A stretch of DNA of 62,312 nt. Source: Promethearchaeota archaeon (GTDB lineage: Archaea; Asgardarchaeota; Lokiarchaeia; Sigyniarchaeales; SOKP01). Shown here piece by piece: positions 20,110-28,783 of the stretch. The position numbers and the translations under genes were made by a program. The notes beneath the pieces are model-generated. The model made no database searches. It worked only from the letters and a program-made list of their open reading frames with translations, and was not told the DNA's origin. Each line of letters starts with the position of its first letter. Position 1 is the stretch's first letter. Where the stretch lies: positions 1 through 62,312 of the forward strand of contig JBHLLU010000021.1 of assembly GCA_048938895.1 (NCBI GenBank), in the 5' to 3' direction.

Positions 20110-21207
20110 CTATGCTATAAATCCTTTAACAACTAATAACTCTGCACTTAAAATACTGCCTCCTGCAGCACCTCTTACAGTATTATGACTTAAAGCGACA
20201 AATTTAAAATCAAAAATATTATCTTTTCTTAACCGACCTACAGTTACTGCCATTCCCTTGTCATTATCTCTATCCTTCTTTGGTTGTGGGCGATCAATAT
20301 TATGTAAGTAAATAATTGGCTGTTTTGGGGCAAAAGGTAAATCTAATTCCTGAGGAACTGATGTAAAAGAAGTCCATATTTGAATTATTTCTTCTCTCGA
20401 GGGAATTCTATCCTTAAATTTCACATTTACTGAAGCAGTGTGGCCATCTGATATTGGAACTCTTGTACAAGTACAACTAATTTTAATAGATTCATCATTT
20501 TCAATTCCATTTTCATTTAATTTCCCTAAAATCTTATGGGGCTCTTGTTCTGACTTTTCTTCCTCACCACTAATGTAAGGGACAATATTATCAATAACAT
20601 CTAAGGAAGGAACGCCAGGATAACCTGCTCCTGATACTGCTTGCAGTGTTGTTATTATTAATTTATCTACTTTATATCCTGCTTGCTCTAGAGCATATAT
20701 TGGTGTTAAATAGCATTGCAGTGAACAATTTGGTTTTACTACAATAAAACCTTTTGTAAATCCTCTATTTTTTTGTTGGATAGGGATTATGTTTAGATGC
20801 TCATGGTTAATCTCACCAATCATCATAGGTACATCAGGAGCCCAACGATTAGCTGAATTATTACTTAGAACGGGGATCCCTCGACTGGCATATTCAATTT
20901 CAAGATCCCTTATTTGTTCCTTGCTGGGCATATTGATTGCAGAAAATACAAAACTAAGGTCTTCTGTAATTTTTTCAAAATCTTGGACATCCCTTACAAT
21001 TAGGTCTTTAACATTATCCGGAATCATGTTAGACATTTGCCATTTTGTCTTTACCGCTTCCTTATATGTCTTATTTGCTGATCGCGGAGATGCCGCTACA
21101 TCTACTATCTTAAACCAAGGGTGATTTTGCAGTAGATTAATATAATTTTGACCTACTACACCTGTGGCTCCTAAAATTCCTATGTTATATTTTTTCATTG
21201 TGATCAT
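20110..21207 (-). CDS. asd: Aspartate-semialdehyde dehydrogenase
   Basis: GATGVVG, PNCS catalytic Cys, QAVSGAG and SHNTVRGAAG motifs. Confidence 0.95.
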   Translation of the reverse strand: MITMKKYNIGILGATGVVGQNYINLLQNHPWFKIVDVAASPRSANKTYKEAVKTKWQMSNMIPDNVKDLIVRDVQDFEKITEDLSFVFSAINMPSKEQIRDLEIEYASRGIPVLSNNSANRWAPDVPMMIGEINHEHLNIIPIQQKNRGFTKGFIVVKPNCSLQCYLTPIYALEQAGYKVDKLIITTLQAVSGAGYPGVPSLDVIDNIVPYISGEEEKSEQEPHKILGKLNENGIENDESIKISCTCTRVPISDGHTASVNVKFKDRIPSREEIIQIWTSFTSVPQELDLPFAPKQPIIYLHNIDRPQPKKDRDNDKGMAVTVGRLRKDNIFDFKFVALSHNTVRGAAGGSILSAELLVVKGFIA

Positions 21208-21384
21208 GTCAGATTTATTTAATATATACGCATATATACACGTTATTTAATTTTAGATTTGGATCTAATTAAATTTGTTGATTTTTAGCATAACTTTTTG
21301 TTATTTGATACATTTTTATGTTTTAGAATCTTTAATCTATCTCGTATTTATGATTTTAATAAAAAATGTTATGTGTCTCTAATT

Positions 21385-21915
21385 ATGCCAGGTCCTTTTG
21401 ATGAACTTGAAAATGAAGCAGAACAACTAGAAAAACGATCTAAAGAGGAATTTAGTCAAAAAAACTTTAACTCTGCTATAGCCTACCTAGAAGAAGCTCG
21501 AGAAATATACACAAAATTGGGATTCCAAGGGAAAATTGGGATGATTACTCAACGGATTGCAAGGCTGCGAAACTTAGTTCAACGTGAAACAAAGGATTCT
21601 TTTGTTAAAACTCAAAAAGAATCAGAGTCTCAACAACGGGTAGATAATGTTATAAAGGAAAGAGAAATGGACATAGACATAAAAATGACAGAACAAAAAG
21701 TTATACCCCCTGAAATTAAAAGAAAATTGGATAAAATTACAATGATTTTGGAAAAGGCAAAAAAGGAAGAGAAATTTGGTAAGAATGCAAGAGTAATAAG
21801 TAGATATGAATATATTTTAGAATTATATAAAGCAATTCCTAAAGATTTATTGAATTTGTCTAATGAAATTTATACTATTGAGAAGAAATTATCAGATTTA
21901 CATTTAAAGCAATAA
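21385..21915 (+). CDS. Helical protein with two MIT/TPR-like modules
   Basis: Likely start MPGPFDELE at 21385. Two helical modules (NFNSAIAYLEEAREIY; KAKKEEK..N..VISRYE.ILELY). Confidence 0.6.
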   Translation: MPGPFDELENEAEQLEKRSKEEFSQKNFNSAIAYLEEAREIYTKLGFQGKIGMITQRIARLRNLVQRETKDSFVKTQKESESQQRVDNVIKEREMDIDIKMTEQKVIPPEIKRKLDKITMILEKAKKEEKFGKNARVISRYEYILELYKAIPKDLLNLSNEIYTIEKKLSDLHLKQ

Positions 21916-21962
21916 GGTTAAAATCTTTTCACCTCTCAAATAAAAATTTGTTTTGATACCCA

Positions 21963-23000
21963 ATGATAAATCCTTTCAATGAATTCTATCATGTTCCTAA
22001 TTCAAAGGAATTATTAGATATAGCTTTTAAGAGGAGTATGAAAAGCTCAGCTCAGGTATCAAAAAATGCACCTATTTTAATAAAAGCAAAGAAAAAAGAA
22101 TCTAAACGTATAAAGGTTGCAACAGAAGAACTAATAGATAGAGTCAAAAAAATTATAAATATGGTACCTATTATTGATGATCTTCCTGATTTTTATAGAG
22201 AATTAGCATCTATTTTGGTAGATGTAGATAAATTAAAACTAACATTAGGTAAATTAAATGGAATTCTACCAATTCTTAGGAAAATTGAAAGAGAACATCT
22301 ACGTCGCTTAAATAAAATTGAGGCTCCTAAAGAAGGAGATCAATTAAGACGATCGGCATTTGGTAGAATATCCTCTATTATTAACAAGCAGGATAAAAAT
22401 CTTAACCATTTGAATGCTATAAGAGGAGACTTAAGAAGAATTCCCACGATTGATTATACAATTCCATGTATCGTAGTTGCAGGGTACCCTAATGTGGGTA
22501 AAAGTAGTATTGTCAGAAACATTTCAACCAATAAAAAAATTGAAGTAAAAGAATATCCTTTTACAACTAAAAAATTAAATATGGGACATATTGAATTAGA
22601 TGGTAAGTTTGAGAAAATAAAAATACAGTGCTTAGATACTCCTGGCATCCTTGATCGTCCCATGTCAAGAAGGAATAACATAGAATTACAGGCAATCTTG
22701 GCTCTGAGGTTAGTCTCTGATTTAATTTTATTTGTATTTGACCCTACACCGGCATGTGGTTATAATGTAGAATCTCAAGTTGAATTGTATCTTGAAATTA
22801 AAAAAAATTTCTCCAAGGAAGGAAAAATTGAGATAATTATAATATTTAACAAAATTGATTTAGCTAAAGACTCTGAAATTGAATATTTGAAGGAAAAATT
22901 AGATATTACTTATGAAAAACTCTACTTAACAAATGCGATCACAGGAGAAAACCTTGATTTATTAATTAATGACTTAATAGAACGATATAGAGGTAATTAA
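21963..23000 (+). CDS. NOG1-family (OBG) GTPase
   Basis: GYPNVGKSS, YPFTTK, DTPGILDRP and NKID motifs, plus the N-terminal helical NOG1 domain. Confidence 0.93.
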   Translation: MINPFNEFYHVPNSKELLDIAFKRSMKSSAQVSKNAPILIKAKKKESKRIKVATEELIDRVKKIINMVPIIDDLPDFYRELASILVDVDKLKLTLGKLNGILPILRKIEREHLRRLNKIEAPKEGDQLRRSAFGRISSIINKQDKNLNHLNAIRGDLRRIPTIDYTIPCIVVAGYPNVGKSSIVRNISTNKKIEVKEYPFTTKKLNMGHIELDGKFEKIKIQCLDTPGILDRPMSRRNNIELQAILALRLVSDLILFVFDPTPACGYNVESQVELYLEIKKNFSKEGKIEIIIIFNKIDLAKDSEIEYLKEKLDITYEKLYLTNAITGENLDLLINDLIERYRGN

Positions 23001-23002
23001 AA

Positions 23003-24073
23003 ATCATTATTGTTGGTTTAGATATTGGTGGTGCCAATACTAAAGCTGCTTTAATCCAATTTGCTGAAATAGAGATTATAACTTCCTTTTCTCACACAGA
23101 ATATTTTCCTTTCTGGGAGAAAACAATAAGGGAAATCCCAGATATGTTAAAAGATATTATCAAGAAATTACTTGAAAAAAATGATCATAACTTTGAAGAT
23201 GTAGATTATTTTGCTGTAGCAATCACAGCAGAACTTTCAGATGCATTTCAAACCAAGAAAGAAGGGATTCTGACAATTTTGGATGCATTAAGTAAAGTAA
23301 TCGATAAAAACAAACTAAGATTCATCTCTAATAAATCAATCTTTCTGAATTATATAGATGCCCTGTCTGAACCACACACAATAGCAGCGGCTAATTGGGT
23401 ATCCACAGCGCTATTTTTGGGTCATTTTGTGCCTGAATGCATATTAATTGATGCAGGATCTACTACGATTGATGTTATTCCAATTGTAGATTCAGTACCT
23501 GTTTCAATAGGGAAAGATGACATTTCACGTCTTATCAATCATGAATTAATTTATACAGGAGGATTACGGGCAACAATTCCGTCAATTACTCATCATGTTC
23601 CTTACAAAAGCAAGAATGTACGTATCTCATTCGAAAAATTTGCCTTAATTTCAGATGTCCATAGAATTTTAAATAATATTTCTGAGGAAGAATATGGTAA
23701 TGACACAGCGGATAATCGCTCAAAATCACTTGAAGACTGCTATGCTCGACTTTCTCGAGTGATATGCATGGATTTTGAAACAATCTCAAAAAAGGATTTA
23801 AAATTAATCGCTCAATTTATTTATGAAAAACAGATAGAAATAATTTCAAAGGAAATTAGAAGTTTTATGAAAATATTAATAAGCAGGTTTACGCAATTTG
23901 AAAAAAAACCACAATTCATAATAACTGGTTTATCCTCCGAATTCTTGATTAGAAAGTCTCTTCAATCTCTAGGGTATCAAAATATTAATATTTATGAGGA
24001 AATAACACCAATTCATAATAAAATTAGTTCTTCTGCTTGTGCCGTTGCAGGAGCTTTAATTTTTCAATTATAA
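23003..24073 (+). CDS. mfnF: Methanofuran biosynthesis protein MfnF (hydantoinase A / H4MPT-linked C1 family)
   Basis: IVGLDIGGANTK lies upstream of the track's ATG. TAELSDAF, AAANW, DAGSTTIDVIP, ELIYTG, TAD and ARL motifs are present. An ATC/ATT start is inferred after GAGGT. Confidence 0.8.
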   Translation: MIIVGLDIGGANTKAALIQFAEIEIITSFSHTEYFPFWEKTIREIPDMLKDIIKKLLEKNDHNFEDVDYFAVAITAELSDAFQTKKEGILTILDALSKVIDKNKLRFISNKSIFLNYIDALSEPHTIAAANWVSTALFLGHFVPECILIDAGSTTIDVIPIVDSVPVSIGKDDISRLINHELIYTGGLRATIPSITHHVPYKSKNVRISFEKFALISDVHRILNNISEEEYGNDTADNRSKSLEDCYARLSRVICMDFETISKKDLKLIAQFIYEKQIEIISKEIRSFMKILISRFTQFEKKPQFIITGLSSEFLIRKSLQSLGYQNINIYEEITPIHNKISSSACAVAGALIFQL

Positions 24074-24082
24074 TAGAAATTA

Positions 24083-24814
24083 ATGAATATGATTTACGAT
24101 ACAGCAGTATTTAAGATTGGGGGTTCAATTTTAGAAAATTTTGAGAATTTAAATTCTACTATCCTTCAATTGACTAGATTATTTGAAAAGAAAATAATAC
24201 AGAAAGTTATTATTATCCCAGGTGGTGGAACTTTTGCAAATTTCATCCGAACACTCTATAGCGAATTGAAATTCAATGATGAACTTGCTCATTGGATGGC
24301 TATCATTTCAATGAATTACAATGGGATAGAAATGAGTAAGAAATTTCCCAAATTAAAGATTTTTGAAGACATTAACAAATTAAAGGAAATTGAAAGATCA
24401 TTATCTATATTCTTGCCCTATCGATTCTTAAAAAAGAATGACATATTACCTCATGATTGGCAAGTCACTTCTGATTCTATAGCTCTTTTCCTTGCAAAAA
24501 CTTTCGGATTAAAAGAATGTTTTTTAATAAAGGATGTTGATGGTGTTTTGAACGAAAAAAAACAAATAATTAAAGAAATATCTACATCAGACTTAAGAAA
24601 TTTAAAGGAAATTGGTAAAATATTTGATCCTAAAAATAGTGCTGGGGAATTAAAAAATCAATCAAGACCAATAGATACGTACTCTCTAACTTTAATTGAG
24701 AAATGGAATATTTCTTGTGTAATTATAGGAGGGAAATCCGATAATCAAAGAATTATTAATTTCTTTGATTCTTCAATATCACAAGCTAAGAAAAGCTATA
24801 CAAGAATTTTTTAA
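24083..24814 (+). CDS. mfnE: Amino-acid-kinase family protein, MfnE-like
   Basis: KIGGS, PGGGTFAN, AHWMAI..M, LPHDWQVTSDSIA and KDVDG motifs; adjacent to mfnF. Confidence 0.8.
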   Translation: MNMIYDTAVFKIGGSILENFENLNSTILQLTRLFEKKIIQKVIIIPGGGTFANFIRTLYSELKFNDELAHWMAIISMNYNGIEMSKKFPKLKIFEDINKLKEIERSLSIFLPYRFLKKNDILPHDWQVTSDSIALFLAKTFGLKECFLIKDVDGVLNEKKQIIKEISTSDLRNLKEIGKIFDPKNSAGELKNQSRPIDTYSLTLIEKWNISCVIIGGKSDNQRIINFFDSSISQAKKSYTRIF

Positions 24815-24853
24815 GGTTTTAATTATTTCTAATCTAAAAAATGGTGCTTATGA

Positions 24854-26131
24854 ATGGTTGATTTAAAGAAGATTAAGAATTTTGCTGTAATTGGCGGTGG
24901 TATTATGGGATCGGGTATTGCTCAGGTTGCCCTACTATCTGGATATGAGAAGGTTTCTGTTATAGACCTTAACAATGAAATACTTGAAAAATCGAGAACT
25001 CTCATTCAACAGCGCATTGAGGCTTTAGAATCTGAAGAAAAATGTAAGGAATTTTTTGCTAACAATGATATATTAAAAAATTTAGATTTTAAAAAGAAGT
25101 TAGCAAGTTTCGAATCGGTTGGCATAATGGCTAATAATGTTGATACAAAAACTATTATGGACCGATTGTGCACAGAAACAGATCTCTCAAAAGGAGTAAA
25201 GGATGCGGATTTTGTAATTGAAGCTGTTTCTGAGATGATGGAGCTTAAGCAAACAATTTTTAAACAATTGGGAAGTTATTCTCCTCCTTGGACAATCCTA
25301 GCATCGAATACATCAACAATGAGTATTACTAAAATTGCTCAAAAGTCTAAACGACCTGACAAAGTGATAGGGTTGCATTTTCACACTTTTTTCCCCATAA
25401 CTGGTGTTTTAATCGAGATCACTCCTGGGGAAAAAACATCAAATGAATCCTTAGAACTTGGTCGAAAAGTTGCTCAGAAGTTTCCGAGTTTATTTGGTGA
25501 AAGATTTACAGTTCAACTTGAAAAGGAATCTCCCGGGCTTATAGCAAACCGACTTGCCATTACAGGTAGTCTCTATTTTAATTGGTTGACAAACCAAGCA
25601 AAAAATAGCGGAATCTCCAGAGAACAGTTAGAAGCAGCAAATTTTTCGTCCGAAGCAGCCGATCTTATCGGAATAGATACAATATATTATTGCGCTAAGT
25701 ATTTTGAAGAAAATGTTTCTCCTGAGTTTACCCCAAACGAAAGACTTACAGATCTATTCTATGCAGGCAAATTTGGGAGAAAAGTAGGAGAGGGATTTTA
25801 TAAGTGGAATGAAGATGGTCCAATAAAAAATCTTCCTCCTGTAGAAAAGAAAACTACTGATTTTATAGCAAAAGTGTTTGATCCAGAGATATATTCAGCA
25901 ATACAGCTTAATGAAGCGTGTAAATTGCTAGAAGAAGGTGTTGTAAAGAGTTATGAATTAATTGATAAGGCAATCTTGAAAGGTACTTTTATGCCTGGCC
26001 CTTTTGTTGTAGGTAAAACAAAATATAAAGAATGGGCAGAAAAATTAGAAAAATTTGCTAAAATATCTGGTAAATCTTACTTAAAACCCTGTGCTATGAT
26101 GAAAACTGGGAAGTTTATTGACTATAAATAA
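24854..26131 (+). CDS. 3-hydroxyacyl-CoA dehydrogenase family protein
   Basis: GGGIMGSGIA, VIEAVSE, ASNTST, PGLIANR and GRKVGEGFY motifs; a second C-terminal helical domain. Confidence 0.9.
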   Translation: MVDLKKIKNFAVIGGGIMGSGIAQVALLSGYEKVSVIDLNNEILEKSRTLIQQRIEALESEEKCKEFFANNDILKNLDFKKKLASFESVGIMANNVDTKTIMDRLCTETDLSKGVKDADFVIEAVSEMMELKQTIFKQLGSYSPPWTILASNTSTMSITKIAQKSKRPDKVIGLHFHTFFPITGVLIEITPGEKTSNESLELGRKVAQKFPSLFGERFTVQLEKESPGLIANRLAITGSLYFNWLTNQAKNSGISREQLEAANFSSEAADLIGIDTIYYCAKYFEENVSPEFTPNERLTDLFYAGKFGRKVGEGFYKWNEDGPIKNLPPVEKKTTDFIAKVFDPEIYSAIQLNEACKLLEEGVVKSYELIDKAILKGTFMPGPFVVGKTKYKEWAEKLEKFAKISGKSYLKPCAMMKTGKFIDYK

Positions 26132-26316
26132 ATTTCTTGGCAGATTTTAATAGAAATATTGACAAGAATTACAAATTAAAGTCTAAATTTTTTTGAAACC
26201 AAAATAATGTTAGACTTTACCTAATCGGCAAGAAAATTTGGATGAAATCTTTAAAAGAGTACCTTACTTAAAACACTTTATAGAAATTCAAATTTTAATA
26301 AAAATGTGAGTAGATA

Positions 26317-27411
26317 ATGTTAGAAGAAACTTTAGATGTATATCGAGAATTGCAACAACATCTTGATAAATTTGCCGTTGGTTTTCCAACTACAGAATCA
26401 GGTGTAGAAATCCGTATTTTAAAACATCTTTTTACTCTTGAAGAAGCAAAACTCGCAACGAGACTTAGTGATAAATATGAATCAGTAAATGCTATTTATG
26501 AAAGAGCAAAAGATTTAGTTGGATCCATTAATGAATTAAAGCTTGTTCTTGATAAAATGATTAGCAAAGGCTCAATTCATTGCAAAAAAGTTGATGGAGA
26601 AAGAAATTATGCTAATGCCTATATAGTAGTTGGAATGTATGAATATCAATTACATAAACTTTCAAAAGAATTTTTAGAAGATATGAGGCAATATGCTGGA
26701 GAAACTTTAGGATTAGAATTATTTGGATATGGCATAACTCAATTTAGAACTATACCCGTGGAAGTAAGTGTTACATCTGAGCATGATTTACCAACTTATG
26801 ATGAATTGGTAAAAGTAGTTGAAAATATATCAGGTCCCATTGTTTTACTTGATTGTATTTGTCGTCAAGCCCATGAGATAGTTGAAGGTCCCTGTGAAGT
26901 AACCTCTCGAAAAGAAACTTGCATGGGATTTGGAGACTTTGCGCAGATGTATATAGATGAAGGTTGGGGTCGAGGGATTAGTAAAGAAGAAGCCCTGAAT
27001 ATATTGAGAAAAAACGAGGAAGAAGGTTTAGTTCTACAAGGAGAAAATGCTAAACGACCAGGGTTTATTTGTAGTTGCTGTGGATGTTGTTGTGGTGTTT
27101 TAAGTACCTTAAAGGAATTTCCTAATGTTGCTCAATTTTTGAATCCCAGATATCACGCTCAAATTGATCCCGAGTTATGTATCGGGTGCGGAACTTGTAT
27201 AGATCGATGTCAATTAGATGCAATAAAAACTAGAAAGGAAGTATCGAAGGTAAATATTAAACGATGCATAGGATGTGGAAATTGTGTTGCAGTGTGTCCT
27301 GAAGAGGCTATAACCCTAATTAAGAAAGATAAAGTCGCTGAATTACCAGAAGATGAAGAAGATATGTTTGAGAGGATAATGGAAGCCAAGATGAAAATGA
27401 AAGTAAAATAA
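26317..27411 (+). CDS. 4Fe-4S binding protein
   Basis: CICR and CSCCGCCC motifs, plus two CxxCxxCxxxC ferredoxin motifs. Confidence 0.9.
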   Translation: MLEETLDVYRELQQHLDKFAVGFPTTESGVEIRILKHLFTLEEAKLATRLSDKYESVNAIYERAKDLVGSINELKLVLDKMISKGSIHCKKVDGERNYANAYIVVGMYEYQLHKLSKEFLEDMRQYAGETLGLELFGYGITQFRTIPVEVSVTSEHDLPTYDELVKVVENISGPIVLLDCICRQAHEIVEGPCEVTSRKETCMGFGDFAQMYIDEGWGRGISKEEALNILRKNEEEGLVLQGENAKRPGFICSCCGCCCGVLSTLKEFPNVAQFLNPRYHAQIDPELCIGCGTCIDRCQLDAIKTRKEVSKVNIKRCIGCGNCVAVCPEEAITLIKKDKVAELPEDEEDMFERIMEAKMKMKVK

Positions 27412-27595
27412 TTTTTAATAAAAGGTTTCAATAACAATTTTTTTGAATTTATTTTATAACTATTTTCTGCAGCTATGGTTCCTACATAATAGATATGCTT
27501 TAATTGGTATTAGAGACCATAAAGCTTTTATATTTGCTTTAGGTTATTCATATACGGATGATATTATTGGGAAAAAAATTAATTCCGTTTAGATA

Positions 27596-28111
27596 ATGGT
27601 GAGGAAAATATTATCAGAATCAGAAATGAAAAAAAATGCTGAGTTCTTAATTGAAAATCTTCCTGGCACGGACTTACCGGGGAGTGTTAAAATCAAAATT
27701 CGCTATAAGAATCTTGTAAATTTCGCTAAATGTTTTGGCATTACGCATCCTAAGTACGTAGCTCCAGAAGAAGAGGGAATTGTCGCATGTCATGCTTATG
27801 CAAATGCTTATACTATAAAAAGTATTTATACGTTAGCACCAGGAGCAAAATTTACTCAAAATGGTGAGGAACGTATGCTTGTAAAAAATCCTCGAATGAT
27901 TCTTCATGCAGGGAATAAATATAATTGGGAAGGATGTGTTGATGTGAAGCCGGGAGATAAACTTACTGCTACTGCTAAATTTGGAAAAGTGTGGTTAGTT
28001 GAAGAAAATATGATGTTATTTGTAGAATTAATAACTAAGATTGTAAATCAAAATAATGAACCTGTTTGTAATGTGCTGGTAACAGCTGGATTGAGAAAAG
28101 GAGGTTATTAA
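27596..28111 (+). CDS. MaoC-like hotdog protein (HadA / FAS1-N type)
   Basis: FAKCFG...P.Y and ILHAG..Y.....VKPGD.L pattern. Confidence 0.7.
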   Translation: MVRKILSESEMKKNAEFLIENLPGTDLPGSVKIKIRYKNLVNFAKCFGITHPKYVAPEEEGIVACHAYANAYTIKSIYTLAPGAKFTQNGEERMLVKNPRMILHAGNKYNWEGCVDVKPGDKLTATAKFGKVWLVEENMMLFVELITKIVNQNNEPVCNVLVTAGLRKGGY

Positions 28112-28114
28112 ATA

Positions 28115-28663
28115 ATGGTTAAAATATCAGATTTAAAGGTTGGACAGGTTTTAAAAAGTGAATTTGACGGAATTACACGAGAACTGTTACAACAGTATGC
28201 TAAAGCTTCTGGAGATACTAACCCTATACACACTAATGATGCTGTAGCAGAAGCTGCAGGATTAAAAGGAGTTATTGCACACGGATTGTTCTCTTTTGGT
28301 TTTATTTCTAAGCTTTTTGAAGACTTTCTTGAACATGGTATATGTGGCAAAATAATTGAATTTCAGGTTGAGATGAGAGGCATGGTTAGAGTTGGGGATA
28401 AACTAGTGACAGAAGCCATAGTTGATAAAATTGAGGGAAAAAGAGTCTTTTTCAATGTCAACCAAATTACGTTTACTAATGTTGATATTAAAGATAAGAA
28501 TGGAAAAATAATAAAACAATTTGAGGCTGGTGAAAGAGGATACATTAGTGATAAAGACATTGAACGAAGATTAGTAAAAACAAAAGAAGTTGAGGAAGGT
28601 ACCTTAACTTATCGGGAACGAGTTGCTACTCCTGGAAATGCCATTATTGAATTGTTTGAATAA
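28115..28663 (+). CDS. MaoC-family (R)-enoyl hydratase/dehydratase
   Basis: YAKASGDTNPIH...IAHG hydratase-2 motif. Confidence 0.9.
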   Translation: MVKISDLKVGQVLKSEFDGITRELLQQYAKASGDTNPIHTNDAVAEAAGLKGVIAHGLFSFGFISKLFEDFLEHGICGKIIEFQVEMRGMVRVGDKLVTEAIVDKIEGKRVFFNVNQITFTNVDIKDKNGKIIKQFEAGERGYISDKDIERRLVKTKEVEEGTLTYRERVATPGNAIIELFE

Positions 28664-28783
28664 CTAATTCAATTTATTATCTTTTTTTTATTTTGTAAAG
28701 GTGTTCTAACTCACATTTTTAATTAGTAATTTTATGATTGAATTCTATTCAACATAATTATTTTAAAAGATATTTATACTACT

